Counted from the first letter of the stretch, positions 1-10,452 are shown. The stretch: 32,397 bases of DNA from Marinicella sp. (GCA_051252335.1 JBPOFV010000001.1:1-32397); one strand, 5' to 3'. Numbers and translations are program-made. The notes: generated from the letters alone by a model not told the origin.

Positions 1-669
1 GACATCAGCAATGTTAACTGGAGAAGGGTACACATCAGCAGCTATTAATCCTGCCACATGAGCCATATCAACCATAAAGTAAGCACCAATTTCATCTGCG
101 ATGTCTCTAAATTGTTGCCAATCAATGCGTTTTGAATAGGCTGAAAATCCGCCAATGATCATTTTTGGTTGGTGTTCATGAGCCAACCTTCTGACTTCAT
201 CAAAATCAATTTGACCGGTCTCATCATCGATGCCATATTGGATGGCGTTAAATAATTTACCAGAAACATTGACTTTTGCACCATGGGTCAAATGGCCACC
301 ATGCGCCAATGACATACCTAAAATGGTGTCACCTGGCTGTAATAAAGCCAAAAATACTGCTTGGTTGGCTTGAGAGCCAGAATGTGGTTGTACATTGGCA
401 TAATCTGCTTGAAACAGTTGTTTCACTCTTTTTATCGCTAACTCTTCGGCCACATCCACATATTCACAGCCGCCATAATACCGCTTACCTGGGTAACCTT
501 CGGCATATTTATTGGTCAATTGTGACCCTTGAGCTTCCATCACAGCTGGCGAGGTGTAGTTTTCTGAAGCAATCAATTCTATGTGATCTTCCTGGCGTTG
601 GTTTTCTGCTTCAATGGCAGCAAATAACTCAGGATCAGTTTGCGCAATGTTTTTAGATTTATCAAACAT
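1..669 (-). CDS. glyA: Serine hydroxymethyltransferase, 5' part (continues beyond the window's left edge)
   Basis: Missing from the ORF track; translated by hand from ATG at 669: [69 protein letters not shown]. Later motifs include GGHLTHG and [11 protein letters not shown], typical of SHMT. Confidence 0.97.
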   Translation of the reverse strand, partial: MFDKSKNIAQTDPELFAAIEAENQRQEDHIELIASENYTSPAVMEAQGSQLTNKYAEGYPGKRYYGGCEYVDVAEELAIKRVKQLFQADYANVQPHSGSQANQAVFLALLQPGDTILGMSLAHGGHLTHGAKVNVSGKLFNAIQYGIDDETGQIDFDEVRRLAHEHQPKMIIGGFSAYSKRIDWQQFRDIADEIGAYFMVDMAHVAGLIAADVYPSPVNIADV

Positions 670-818
670 AATGTTGTATGAAAAAGGCGAAAAGGCGGTA
701 TTTTACCTCGTATTTAAGCCGGCAGTAAAATATATTCCATACCTTATGGTTATTATGTTTCAAGACTGTTAACTTGTGAGATGAACGGCGGGTTCAGTTA
801 GGCATGATAAATAAGTGT

Positions 819-1250
819 TTAAAACGGTTTGGCAAGCACCAGATAAATAACAACAAACAAAATAATTGCAGGTACTTCATTGAACACACGGAACCAAACA
901 TGACTCCTTTGTTCCCTGCCATTTTTGAAATTGTGATGAATTTTTATACACCAATAGTGGTAAACAACCAGTAAAATTACCAAAGTAATTTTTGCGACCA
1001 ACCAGCCTTGTTTAAGATAATCTGCCCAATGACTTTGGGCAATTGAATAAATCAAAAGAGCGGCAGAAATCAAAGTGCCCCACAAGGTAAATCGCATCAT
1101 TTTAATCAGTCGTTGTTCCATGCCTTCAAGCATGGCCAATTCATTGGTTTCTTTAACTTGCGCGTGATTGACAAATAATCTGGGTAAATAAAACAAGCAA
1201 GCAAACCAACTGACCACAAAAAATACATGAAATGTCTTAAACCAAAGCAT
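819..1250 (-). CDS. hemJ: Protoporphyrinogen IX oxidase HemJ (UPF0093 family membrane protein)
   Basis: WFKTFHVFFVVSWFACLFYLPRLFVNH N-terminus, RVFNEVP C-terminal motif and 4 hydrophobic segments. SD-like AAGAGG upstream. Confidence 0.9.
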   Translation of the reverse strand: MLWFKTFHVFFVVSWFACLFYLPRLFVNHAQVKETNELAMLEGMEQRLIKMMRFTLWGTLISAALLIYSIAQSHWADYLKQGWLVAKITLVILLVVYHYWCIKIHHNFKNGREQRSHVWFRVFNEVPAIILFVVIYLVLAKPF

Positions 1251-1291
1251 GAATCAAACCTCTTGATGTTAACTGAAATGTACTAAGCCAG

Positions 1292-1300
1292 TGGTATAAT
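1292..1300 (+). promoter_or_regulatory. Extended -10 promoter element (TGGTATAAT) for the DUF6776-bactofilin-erpA-nudC cluster
   Basis: Perfect TGnTATAAT 30 nt upstream of the GTG at 1330. Confidence 0.6.
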
Positions 1301-1329
1301 GCCGTTTTTTTATTAAAACAACAAGTGGC

Positions 1330-2088
1330 GTGGATATCAAAACCCCTAAATATGTAGTCAGTCAAGCCAATGAAAAACCATCGTTTATCAGACAACATTG
1401 GGTTATTTTCTCACTGTTAATGCTGGCAGCGATTACTTTCATTGTTGGTCGCTACAGTAACATTGATGTGCTCAATGCTTTTAAAGGACAGAAAAAAACG
1501 TGGTCTGAAATTAATCAGCAATTGAGCGAAGAAAATGTGGCCAATCAAAAAACCATCAGTTTGTTACAAACTGAAGCCAAGATTAAGCAACAAGCCATCA
1601 TTGAGCTGCAGCAAAACATCAGTAGTTTATCGGCCACTAATGCAGCACTGAAAGCCGACTTGGTGTTTTATGAAAATTTGTTAAGTCACAAAGATGGTAT
1701 TAAAAAGCTCAGGGTGTTCGAAGTTTCAGCCACCGAACAAAATGAATTGATTTTATTGAAAGTGGTGTTGGCACAAAAACTTGAGAAAGCTCGAATTGTA
1801 GAAGGCAGCATGCACTTGAAATTAAATGGCATTACTGCTGATAAGGGTGATTTTATTGATTTAGATGAGCAATTTAATTTAGACAATACATTTCAGTTCA
1901 AATATTTTCAAATTAAAAAGTTTACAATCAGTTTGCCCAAAGGTTTTAATCCAACTTCACTTTTAGTAGAATTACAAAGCAAAAACAAAAAGCAGGAAGT
2001 GGTTTCAGAATTGTTTCAATGGTCTGAGATTGTTGATAAATCATCACCTGATTTGACAGCTGAGCTTTCAGTCAGCACCCAAGAATAG
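1330..2088 (+). CDS. DUF6776-like membrane-anchored coiled-coil protein
   Basis: N-terminal TM helix, a coiled coil ending in 'LKADLVFYENLL', and C-terminal 'FKYFQ...LPKGFNP'. Lies upstream of a bactofilin, the usual context for this family. Confidence 0.7.
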   Translation: MDIKTPKYVVSQANEKPSFIRQHWVIFSLLMLAAITFIVGRYSNIDVLNAFKGQKKTWSEINQQLSEENVANQKTISLLQTEAKIKQQAIIELQQNISSLSATNAALKADLVFYENLLSHKDGIKKLRVFEVSATEQNELILLKVVLAQKLEKARIVEGSMHLKLNGITADKGDFIDLDEQFNLDNTFQFKYFQIKKFTISLPKGFNPTSLLVELQSKNKKQEVVSELFQWSEIVDKSSPDLTAELSVSTQE

Positions 2089-2117
2089 ACATTGATCTAG
2101 AAAACAGTGGAATAATC

Positions 2118-2552
2118 ATGTTCGGTTCAAAAAACAACACAGACAAAGAAAAAATTATGGCTAATAACAATCAATCACAAAACTTAGACACCTTAATTGG
2201 ACAAAATACCAACATCAAAGGTGATATCTCATTCACCGGTTTAATGCATTTAGATGGCAGTGTAGAAGGTTCAATCAGCGCAACCACAGAAAATGACACC
2301 GTCATTATCAGTGAAACAGGTCGCATCAGTGGAACAGTTAAATCTGGAAACTTAATTATCAATGGACTGGTTGAAGGTGATATCACGGCTTCTGGCAAAA
2401 TTGAAGTGGCGTCAAAAGCCCGAGTCAATGGCAATATTTATTATGTAAATATTGAAATGGAAGCCGGATCTCAAGTCAATGGTAAACTTATCTACCAAGG
2501 TGGAGAAGTGACACCAATGATCAGTAAAAAGTCAGAAAAAGATGGCCAATAG
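2118..2552 (+). CDS. Bactofilin (polymer-forming cytoskeletal protein, CcmA family)
   Basis: MF start and beta-helical repeats [46 protein letters not shown]. Confidence 0.92.
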   Translation: MFGSKNNTDKEKIMANNNQSQNLDTLIGQNTNIKGDISFTGLMHLDGSVEGSISATTENDTVIISETGRISGTVKSGNLIINGLVEGDITASGKIEVASKARVNGNIYYVNIEMEAGSQVNGKLIYQGGEVTPMISKKSEKDGQ

Positions 2553-2877
2553 CCCCATTCAGCTCTCATCATCAGCTGCCAATAAAATCACTCAACTGGT
2601 CTTGGAAGAGATGAATCCTGATTTAAAATTCAGGGTTTATATCATCGGTGGCGGTTGTTCTGGGTTTCAATATGGCTTTGCCTTTGAAGAAGAACAAGTC
2701 GATGGCGATATGGTGATGGAAGCACATGGTGTCTCAATGATGGTGGATCCAATGAGTTTTCCTTACTTAATGGGATCTACTGTTGATTACTTAGAAGATT
2801 TACAGGGTTCCAGATTTGTCGTCAGTAACCCCAATGCCAAGTCCACCTGTGGCTGTGGCAGTTCGTTTTCAATATGA
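2542..2877 (+). CDS. erpA: Iron-sulfur cluster insertion protein ErpA
   Basis: [16 protein letters not shown] and [14 protein letters not shown] motifs. Confidence 0.93.
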   Translation: MANSPIQLSSSAANKITQLVLEEMNPDLKFRVYIIGGGCSGFQYGFAFEEEQVDGDMVMEAHGVSMMVDPMSFPYLMGSTVDYLEDLQGSRFVVSNPNAKSTCGCGSSFSI

Positions 2878-3758
2878 GCCCTGATCAGATTTATTTCATC
2901 CGCACAGAGTTAGATCGTTGTGCGAACATGCGTGAGCAAAAACAACGCATCAAACAGCTGAGAAAATTTAAAACTTGCCACTACGTACCTGTCTATCGTG
3001 GTAACCACATTTACCCAGATTCAGATGATGAATTTTATGTTTCTCAGACGCCGCTGGGCAAAGATAAAATGCAGAGTTTTCTGGGAATTTTGAACGATGA
3101 ATTGTGGTTTGGCTGTGGCTTGAGTGAAACCGAAGCCAAAGCGCTTGAAACACAACTTGATTGTCAATTTGAATCCATTCGTCAGTATGCCATGGCTTTG
3201 GCAGATGATCTGGCGCACATCGCCTTATACTCCAGGGGTTTGGATCTGTGGCAAAGAAAGAAGAAATACTGTTCTATTTGTGGAACTCATAATCACTTGG
3301 AAAGTTCAGGCCATAAAATGGTTTGTGAAAACGGTCATGAACAATTTCCTCACATTGAACCTGCAGTCATCGTGCTGGTTTCAAAGGGCGACCAATGCCT
3401 GTTAGGACGCAAGCATTCATGGCCACCCAATGTATATTCGACATTGGCTGGTTTTGTCGAAGCGGGTGAATCCATTGAAGATGCAGTCCATAGAGAAATT
3501 TATGAAGAGTCAAATGTAAGAATTAAAAACGTCAGTTATTTTGGTTCGCAACCTTGGCCGTTCCCATCTTCACTTATGTTGGCATTCAATGCGGAAGCCA
3601 TTTCAGATGACATCAGACTGGATGATGAAATGGAAGATGTGCGTTGGTTTAATAAGAAAGACTTGCTCGAATGGGCCAAAGATGGTTCCATAATATTATC
3701 TCCACGTTTTACTGTTGCTAATAATTTAATCAGTAATTTCTTAGGCAAACGCATCTAA
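2874..3758 (+). CDS. nudC: NADH pyrophosphatase / NAD-cap decapping enzyme NudC
   Basis: Zn-site CSICG...CENGH, Nudix box [21 protein letters not shown] and SQPWPFPSS signature. ATGA overlap with erpA. Confidence 0.93.
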   Translation: MSPDQIYFIRTELDRCANMREQKQRIKQLRKFKTCHYVPVYRGNHIYPDSDDEFYVSQTPLGKDKMQSFLGILNDELWFGCGLSETEAKALETQLDCQFESIRQYAMALADDLAHIALYSRGLDLWQRKKKYCSICGTHNHLESSGHKMVCENGHEQFPHIEPAVIVLVSKGDQCLLGRKHSWPPNVYSTLAGFVEAGESIEDAVHREIYEESNVRIKNVSYFGSQPWPFPSSLMLAFNAEAISDDIRLDDEMEDVRWFNKKDLLEWAKDGSIILSPRFTVANNLISNFLGKRI

Positions 3759-3807
3759 GCAATGTTCATGCTATTGCTTCAATCTGAGATAATAGGAATG
3801 AAACCGC

Positions 3808-4623
3808 TTGCCTGAATTGCCAGAGGTTGAGACCACCCTTCGAGGTATTGAGCCCTGGGTCAATCAGCAAGAAATTGCTGTGGTTAATGTTTTCAATGCC
3901 GCCTTACGATGGCCAATACCAACTGAAGTCCATGAATTGGCCGGTCAGAAAATCATTCATGTTTATCGCAGAGCCAAATACCTACTTCTGCAACTTTCAA
4001 ATGAACAGCACCTCATCCTTCATTTAGGCATGTCAGGTGTGATTCGGGTAGTTGCCAGTGATGCAGTATTGATGAAACATGATCATTTTGAGTTGGTGTT
4101 AACCAACGGCAGGGCTTTGCGTTTAAATGATCCTCGTCGTTTTGGCTGTGTGCTGTTGACGGATACAAATCCAAATCAGCACAAATTACTGAAAAATCTT
4201 GGGCCAGAACCTTTGGCAGAAACGTTTAACGGTCAATGGTTAAAGACCCATGCCAAGAATAGACAGATGGCCGTAAAAAACTTCATCATGAATAATCAAG
4301 TAGTGGTTGGGGTTGGGAACATATATGCTGCTGAGTCCTTGTTTTTGGCTGGTATTCATCCCAACCGCCCTGCCAAAAACATTGCATTAAAACGTTATGT
4401 TGAATTGGCATCAATCATAAAACAAGTTTTGGCAAAGGCAATAATGGCTGGTGGTACTACCCTCAACGATTTTAAGCATACAGACGGAAAACCTGGTTAT
4501 TTTAAACAACAGTTATTGGTTTATGGTCGAGCTGGTGAGCCCTGTACGGTTTGTGGGACCCAAATTAAAAATATGGTCATAGGTCAACGAGCCAGTTGCT
4601 ATTGTCCTCAATGTCAAAACTAA
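3808..4623 (+). CDS. mutM: Formamidopyrimidine-DNA glycosylase
   Basis: PELPEVE N-terminus (TTG start), RRAKY, HLGMSG, DPRRFG, GVGNIYAAE and C-terminal Zn finger CTVC...CPQCQ. Confidence 0.98.
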   Translation: MPELPEVETTLRGIEPWVNQQEIAVVNVFNAALRWPIPTEVHELAGQKIIHVYRRAKYLLLQLSNEQHLILHLGMSGVIRVVASDAVLMKHDHFELVLTNGRALRLNDPRRFGCVLLTDTNPNQHKLLKNLGPEPLAETFNGQWLKTHAKNRQMAVKNFIMNNQVVVGVGNIYAAESLFLAGIHPNRPAKNIALKRYVELASIIKQVLAKAIMAGGTTLNDFKHTDGKPGYFKQQLLVYGRAGEPCTVCGTQIKNMVIGQRASCYCPQCQN

Positions 4624-4799
4624 TCTGATTGCTGGATATTTGGGCATAAATTGTTAGTTTTACTGCTTAATCAGTCCATTACTGGGAATTCTATTAAAAC
4701 AAATGCTGATTGCTATGCTTCATTGGGTGGCAGCTTGTACTGTGTCTGTTAATTAGTTATTATCAATAAAATGTACGGGTGTGAATATTGGAGTAATGA

Positions 4800-7553
4800 G
4801 TGAAACTCTTTGCTAAGTGGGCATTGATCAATGTAATTGTGGCGGTGCTCTTTGCGGCTTGTTGTTTTGCTGCACATAAGTACATGGTAAGGCCTACTTT
4901 GTCAGTTGCTATATGGCCAGCCACTGGTCTGGGGATTGGACTGATCATTGTGTGGGGAAAACGCATCATCCCGGCAATTGCCTTGGCGGAACTAATCAAC
5001 AGCATTGTTTTGTATCAAGTGCACGAAGACCTTGGTTGGAATAAAACCACTTTATATGACTTCCTCTTGTGGATGAACAACATTTTCAGGCCAATATTTG
5101 CGGGATTTTTAGCTCGCTATATGGTGGGCACTCAGCCACAATTAATCCAGCTCAAACCGATTGCGAAATTCTTTTTATATGCTTGTGCTATTCCTTGTTT
5201 GATCAGTACTATTTTTTTCGTCATGTTGTTGGCTGGTGCTGGACACTATACGACGGGTGATTATTTCATCAAAGGATTCTTATGGTATTTAGGTGACTGG
5301 ATGAGTGTAATGATATTCACGCCAGTTTTTATGGCATTCTTTGCGAATCCTCGAACCGTCTGGAGGCCTAGGGTTCTGAATGTTGCCATACCAATCATGA
5401 CTGGTTTTTTAATGGTGTTTTTATTGTTTAATTCTTTCAAAAGTTATGAAGAAGGAAGAATCAATGAAATTATTCAAACACACATCAAGTACATGGCTAA
5501 GAATGCCGCTACACAAAATCAAGACTTTTCAGAATTAATCCTTGCCATTGAACAAAGCAGTGATGATTTGGAGTTGAGTCGATATAAAATAGAAGTGGAT
5601 GAAATCATCAATGAACAGTACTTCAATCGCTATAGCAGTAATGAATTATTGACCACTCGTTATGAAAATCATGTCAACAGAGAAACTATTCAATTACAAG
5701 GAGCCCCTTATCGAATAACCATTACACCCACAAATACATATTTTTCAGAAGAATCATCATGGAGTTTGTGGCTGGCGATTATGATCGCTTTGTCCTTTAC
5801 TGGTTTTTTAAGTGTTGGTTTGTTAACTATTTCTGGCAGACAAACACTCACCGCCAAAGAAGTGAAAAGGCGGACTAAACAGCTGCACATAATAAACCGT
5901 GAGTTACAAGAAAGGAATCATGATTACAAACGGATCATTGAGAACCAACCGGTTATCTTTTGGAAAGTTAACTTAAAAGCAGATCAAATTATTTTTGTCA
6001 GTCAAGAAGCAGAGGCCATTCTCGGTTATGCCGTCCAACAATGGCTGACAGAACCAGACTTTTTTATCAACAGAGTACATCCTGATGAATTACAAATGGT
6101 CACTGAAACCATGTTGCAAAACCACACCCATGAACAGCACATTGAAATAGAATACAGAATTAAACATGCCAATGGTGAATACCGCTGGTTCAGAGATGTA
6201 CTCTACATTCCTGATGACTTTAATGAAACCAATGAAGTGATGGGTATGTTGATAGATATCACTGATAAAAAAAATGACACAGAGAAAATTCATCACCTGG
6301 CATTTCATGACTATTTAACTCAATTGCCTAATCGGCAAAAATTTCAACTTGAACTGAATAAATTGGTTGAATATGGCTTAAATAATAATAAATTTGGTGC
6401 TGTCGTGTTTTTAGACATGGATCGATTTAAGGTTTTAAATGATGCTTTGGGTCATCATTTTGGTGATCAGTTATTATTGAAAATTGCAGGCCGACTCAAT
6501 CAATATGACTCAGAATTTAACATCATGGCGCGCTTTGGTGGTGATGAGTTCGTTTTGGCCTCTGAATGTGAATACAACAATGCCAATGATGCAGCTGTAC
6601 AAATCATTATGTTGGCGGAAAAGATCATTCAAAGTTTAGCTGAACCCTACACCATCAATAACAATCAGCACATTTGTACTGTCAGTATGGGCGTCACTAT
6701 TTACCCCAATGAACACACCACTGTTAATGACATCATCAGACAAGCGGACGTAGCCATGTATCGATCTAAAGACCAAGGTCGTAATCAAGTGACCATGTAT
6801 CACCCGAGCATGAAAAAAGAAAATGATAAAATCTTATATATTGAGCAAGTGTTACGCAATGCAGTTAGTAATGACAGTTTTATCTTGAAATATCAACCCA
6901 TAGTTGATCGCAACCAAGAAGTGGTTTGTTTTGAGTCACTGATCAGAATCTATGCTGATAACCAAACCATCTATCCAGATGAATTCATTCCAGTGGCTGA
7001 AGACACTGATTTGATCCAACCCGTAGGTAGATGGGTTATTTCACACGCGTGCTTAAAAATCATGGATTGCCAACACAATATTTCGGTCAATGTCAGCTCA
7101 AAGCAATTTCATCAACAAGGTTTTATCATGTACATTGATCAGTTGATGAAACGCTTTAATGTGGGCACCGGTCGTTTAGCGATTGAATTAACTGAAGGTG
7201 TGGTGGTTGGTAACTTGAATGAAATTCAGTATAAATTCCAGCGATTAAAAGACATGGGTGTGTTGATAGCTATTGATGATTTTGGTACGGGTTATTCATC
7301 TTTAGAATACTTGCGTCAATTACCCATTGATTACCTCAAAATCGATAAAAGCTTTGTCTTGGATCTGGATAAAGACAAGAGCTCACAAGTGATCATTGAA
7401 ACCATCATTTCCATGGCCCAACATTTAAACCTTCAAACAGTTGCTGAAGGTGTAGAGACTGAAAAACAATTTGAAATGCTTAAAGCCATGGGTTGTGACT
7501 TTTACCAAGGGTTTTTATTTGGCAAACCTGGTGATTTAATGACCATTCAATAA
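4800..7553 (+). CDS. Membrane c-di-GMP signalling protein: MASE1 - short periplasmic segment - PAS - GGDEF - EAL
   Basis: MASE1-like 'AIWPATG...WYLGD'; PAS/PAC 'VHPDE..IEYRIKHANGEYRW..DIT'; 'HDYLTQLPNR', 'DMDRFK', 'RFGGDEF'; EAL domain with 'ESLIR', 'ELTE', 'DDFGTGYSS', 'KIDKSF', 'AEGVE', 'QG'. Confidence 0.92.
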   Translation: MKLFAKWALINVIVAVLFAACCFAAHKYMVRPTLSVAIWPATGLGIGLIIVWGKRIIPAIALAELINSIVLYQVHEDLGWNKTTLYDFLLWMNNIFRPIFAGFLARYMVGTQPQLIQLKPIAKFFLYACAIPCLISTIFFVMLLAGAGHYTTGDYFIKGFLWYLGDWMSVMIFTPVFMAFFANPRTVWRPRVLNVAIPIMTGFLMVFLLFNSFKSYEEGRINEIIQTHIKYMAKNAATQNQDFSELILAIEQSSDDLELSRYKIEVDEIINEQYFNRYSSNELLTTRYENHVNRETIQLQGAPYRITITPTNTYFSEESSWSLWLAIMIALSFTGFLSVGLLTISGRQTLTAKEVKRRTKQLHIINRELQERNHDYKRIIENQPVIFWKVNLKADQIIFVSQEAEAILGYAVQQWLTEPDFFINRVHPDELQMVTETMLQNHTHEQHIEIEYRIKHANGEYRWFRDVLYIPDDFNETNEVMGMLIDITDKKNDTEKIHHLAFHDYLTQLPNRQKFQLELNKLVEYGLNNNKFGAVVFLDMDRFKVLNDALGHHFGDQLLLKIAGRLNQYDSEFNIMARFGGDEFVLASECEYNNANDAAVQIIMLAEKIIQSLAEPYTINNNQHICTVSMGVTIYPNEHTTVNDIIRQADVAMYRSKDQGRNQVTMYHPSMKKENDKILYIEQVLRNAVSNDSFILKYQPIVDRNQEVVCFESLIRIYADNQTIYPDEFIPVAEDTDLIQPVGRWVISHACLKIMDCQHNISVNVSSKQFHQQGFIMYIDQLMKRFNVGTGRLAIELTEGVVVGNLNEIQYKFQRLKDMGVLIAIDDFGTGYSSLEYLRQLPIDYLKIDKSFVLDLDKDKSSQVIIETIISMAQHLNLQTVAEGVETEKQFEMLKAMGCDFYQGFLFGKPGDLMTIQ

Positions 7554-7640
7554 ATAATCTGCAAATGCTTGGCATTTGATCATCCCAATTAACAATTGTG
7601 CCTTGAATTATGGGCCATAACTTGATTATGATGAGCCCCC

Positions 7641-9641
7641 TTGAATCACTTATATCTTCTTTTGCTCAATCAACCGCAACAACAAGCCGTAGAATTAACT
7701 GATAAACCGTTGCTGGTATTGGCAGGTGCAGGCTGTGGTAAAACGCGCGTGATCACCGAAAAAATGGCATATTTAATCAATCATAATTATTGCCAACCTG
7801 CAGAACTATTCGCCATCACTTTCACCAACAAAGCTGCCAAAGAAATGAAAAGCCGTGCCACCAAAATGGTGCATGGTGGCGAAGCACTTAACATTTCAAC
7901 TTTTCACGCATTGGGCTTACGCCTGTTACAAAAAGAGATAACACACACACCCTTTCAACGAGGCTTCAGTATTCTGGATACTTCAGAATGCCAAAAAGTG
8001 ATTCAAGGGTTGATGCCCAAAGGCATTAAAAGAGATGTCAGCAATCAACTTCAGTGGCAAATTTCCGGTTGGAAAAATGCCGCTTTAAGACCTGAAGAAG
8101 TTGAATCTACTGTTCCCATGGCGGTGGATATTTATGCTCAGTATATAAGCTATATGTGCAGCATTAATGCCATGGATTTTGATGATTTAATTTTACAACC
8201 ACTGTGGTTGTTGATGCAGGAACAATCAGTCTTACAACGCTGGCAACAAATGATTCAGTACATGATGGTTGATGAATACCAAGACACCAATGCCAGCCAA
8301 TATCAATTGTTGAAATTGTTGATGGGTCAAGGTTCACATTTAACTTGTGTGGGGGATGATGATCAGTCGATTTATGGGTGGCGAGGTGCGCAAGCAGAAA
8401 ATTTACAATTATTGCAACAAGATTTTCCAAGCTTAAGGGTCATTAAACTAGAACAGAATTACCGTTCCAGTAGCACCATATTAAATGCAGCCAATGCCGT
8501 TATACAGCATAATCCGCACCCGTTTGAAAAAAATATTTGGAGTGATTTAGGGGTGGGAGAGCCGATCCAAATATTACCTTACCCAAATGCCGAAACTGAA
8601 GCCCAACAAGTGGTGGCTGACATCAGTTTTAATCAACAGGTGAATAAAAAGAACTTCAGTGATTTTGCTATTTTATACCGATCTAATCATCAAGCTAAGT
8701 TATTGGAGCAAGCGCTGCGGATCAGTAATTTACCCTATCAAATGTCAGGTGGCAGGTCCTTTTTTGATTACAGTGAAATCAAAGACCTCATGGCTTATAT
8801 CAGGATGTTGGTAAACCCAAAAGATAACGCCGCTTTTCTGCGTGTGATCAATACCCCTAAGCGCGGCATTGGCATGCAGACCATTCAATATATTTCTGCT
8901 ACCGCCAAAAGCAGTGGCCAAAGTTTTTACTTAACGTGTTGTCAGACCAATTCACTTTCAGGTTTGGCTGAGGCAGCACAGCAGAGGATTAAGTCATTTG
9001 TAACCATCATCCAACAACACCAGAATATGAAGGCATCTGCTGAACAAGTAGTGGCTTCATTGGTAAAACAAATTGACTACCTTAATTATGTTAATTTAGG
9101 CGCCAATAATAAATTGGCCAAAATCAACAAAGGCAAGTTGGTGCAAGATTTTCTGAAATGGATTAACGCACTGGGTAAAGCACAAGATTTATCCTTGGAT
9201 GAATTGCTGAATTATTTGTCACTACAAACCAGCCAAGAAGATGACAACAGTGAAGATGCCATTCGTATGATGACTTTACACGCAGCCAAAGGACTTGAGT
9301 TTGAACATGTTTATTTAGTGGGTGTGGAAGAAGGCATACTTCCGCATGCCAATTCTATTGCCGATGCTGAAGTAGAAGACAGTGCCGTAGAAGAAGAACG
9401 GCGATTGATGTATGTCGGTATGACTCGAGCCATGCAGCTGTTAAAGATATCTTATGTTAAAAAAAGGAAAAAACGATTTCCAGAGGAAGCTGGGACCTCA
9501 ACATTTGGCCCCAGTCGATTCTTGGATGAAATTCCTCATGAGTTGACCAGTGGTCATCCTGGTAAACAACGTTCAGAAGCAGAGCAGAAAGACAGCAATA
9601 AGAAAAATTTTGCCGCCCTTAAAGCATTGCTGGGTGATTAA
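7641..9641 (+). CDS. rep: ATP-dependent DNA helicase Rep (UvrD family); true start may be TTG at 7662
   Basis: AGAGCGKT, TFTNKAAKEM, VDEYQDTN, VGDDDQSIY, LEQNYRS, TLHAAKGLEF and EERRLMYVGMTRA motifs. The C-terminus 'NFAALKALL' resembles Rep rather than UvrD. Confidence 0.88.
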   Translation: MNHLYLLLLNQPQQQAVELTDKPLLVLAGAGCGKTRVITEKMAYLINHNYCQPAELFAITFTNKAAKEMKSRATKMVHGGEALNISTFHALGLRLLQKEITHTPFQRGFSILDTSECQKVIQGLMPKGIKRDVSNQLQWQISGWKNAALRPEEVESTVPMAVDIYAQYISYMCSINAMDFDDLILQPLWLLMQEQSVLQRWQQMIQYMMVDEYQDTNASQYQLLKLLMGQGSHLTCVGDDDQSIYGWRGAQAENLQLLQQDFPSLRVIKLEQNYRSSSTILNAANAVIQHNPHPFEKNIWSDLGVGEPIQILPYPNAETEAQQVVADISFNQQVNKKNFSDFAILYRSNHQAKLLEQALRISNLPYQMSGGRSFFDYSEIKDLMAYIRMLVNPKDNAAFLRVINTPKRGIGMQTIQYISATAKSSGQSFYLTCCQTNSLSGLAEAAQQRIKSFVTIIQQHQNMKASAEQVVASLVKQIDYLNYVNLGANNKLAKINKGKLVQDFLKWINALGKAQDLSLDELLNYLSLQTSQEDDNSEDAIRMMTLHAAKGLEFEHVYLVGVEEGILPHANSIADAEVEDSAVEEERRLMYVGMTRAMQLLKISYVKKRKKRFPEEAGTSTFGPSRFLDEIPHELTSGHPGKQRSEAEQKDSNKKNFAALKALLGD

Positions 9642-10315
9642 CTTTTTGGGTTTATGGTGGTCAACATTTGCTGCCACTGTTGAGATAGAAAATTGGGTTT
9701 GCTGATGAGGTTTATTTTCAAAGTACCTTTGCGGCTGGCTAAACATTGATTGCCAGCTTCACCGCCTATATTTTCTGCAGTGAGGTTGATGCAGGGATCA
9801 TTGTTGGCCATTTGCAATAAAATTTCAGTCAATTCGGTGGGGGCAATGATGCCCAATAACTGCGTGCGCAAGGTATTGGCACATCCAGTCGTTTGAGTTT
9901 CACAAGCATTGAAATCAATTTTACTGGGTGCAACCAACAGACTTTCCCTTTGTAATAAGCGCACTTGCTGGGCAGTTTCTTGACGATAGATGGGATGTGC
10001 ATAAGCCCACAGCAACAGTTGTTTAAGAATGGTTTGTTGTGCATGGTTGTAGTGGTGGTAGTTCATGATGAGCTTTTGGCTGTGGCTGATCAGTTTATAT
10101 GGTTCGTCGCTGATGGCCAATAGGTATAAATTGATGATGTTGTGGGTTCTGGTGTTCAGCTTCAACTGGTTCTTTTCAGTCATGATACTATTTCGGTTTT
10201 TAGCAATTAGCGCCGAAATTAAAGATTGGTGTATTTGGGTGGTCGGCTTGGTAGGTTGACTACCGCAGGCTGAAAGCAGGAGGCTGGTTAAACAGAAAAA
10301 GGCTAATTTATACAT
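9638..10315 (-). CDS. Hypothetical lipoprotein
   Basis: Signal peptide with lipobox LSA-C; 225-aa ORF; no family recognised. Confidence 0.7.
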   Translation of the reverse strand: MYKLAFFCLTSLLLSACGSQPTKPTTQIHQSLISALIAKNRNSIMTEKNQLKLNTRTHNIINLYLLAISDEPYKLISHSQKLIMNYHHYNHAQQTILKQLLLWAYAHPIYRQETAQQVRLLQRESLLVAPSKIDFNACETQTTGCANTLRTQLLGIIAPTELTEILLQMANNDPCINLTAENIGGEAGNQCLASRKGTLKINLISKPNFLSQQWQQMLTTINPKS

Positions 10316-10395
10316 GTAAATTCACTATAATGTAGTACGCAATGAAAGCAAAGGACACAGCATAATCGAAATTGTTATGTATTTTTTTTGAATTT

Positions 10396-10421
10396 TGTAA
10401 CAAAATTGAAATTAATTCGTC
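10396..10421 (+). promoter_or_regulatory. Putative ECF-sigma promoter TGTAAC-N16-CGTC
   Basis: TGTAAC at 10396-10401 and CGTC at 10418-10421, 31 nt before the ECF sigma ATG. Matches the common AAC/CGT ECF promoter pattern. Confidence 0.7.
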
Positions 10422-10452
10422 TTAAAGGCTGAAATGTAAACATTTAAATGGC

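Noticed and set aside
276-656. 126-aa plus-strand ORF
   Set aside because: It is antisense to the clearly recognisable glyA, which the ORF track missed because the gene is truncated.
670-818. Possible ZTP or glycine riboswitch upstream of glyA
   Set aside because: No recognisable consensus, and a -10 element (GGTAAAAT) sits only ~30 nt from the ATG, leaving no room.
3798-3815. Mini-ORF MKPLA overlapping the mutM start
   Set aside because: Only five codons, with AGGA directly abutting the ATG (no spacing). Likely chance; MutM needs the N-terminal Pro supplied by the TTG at 3808.
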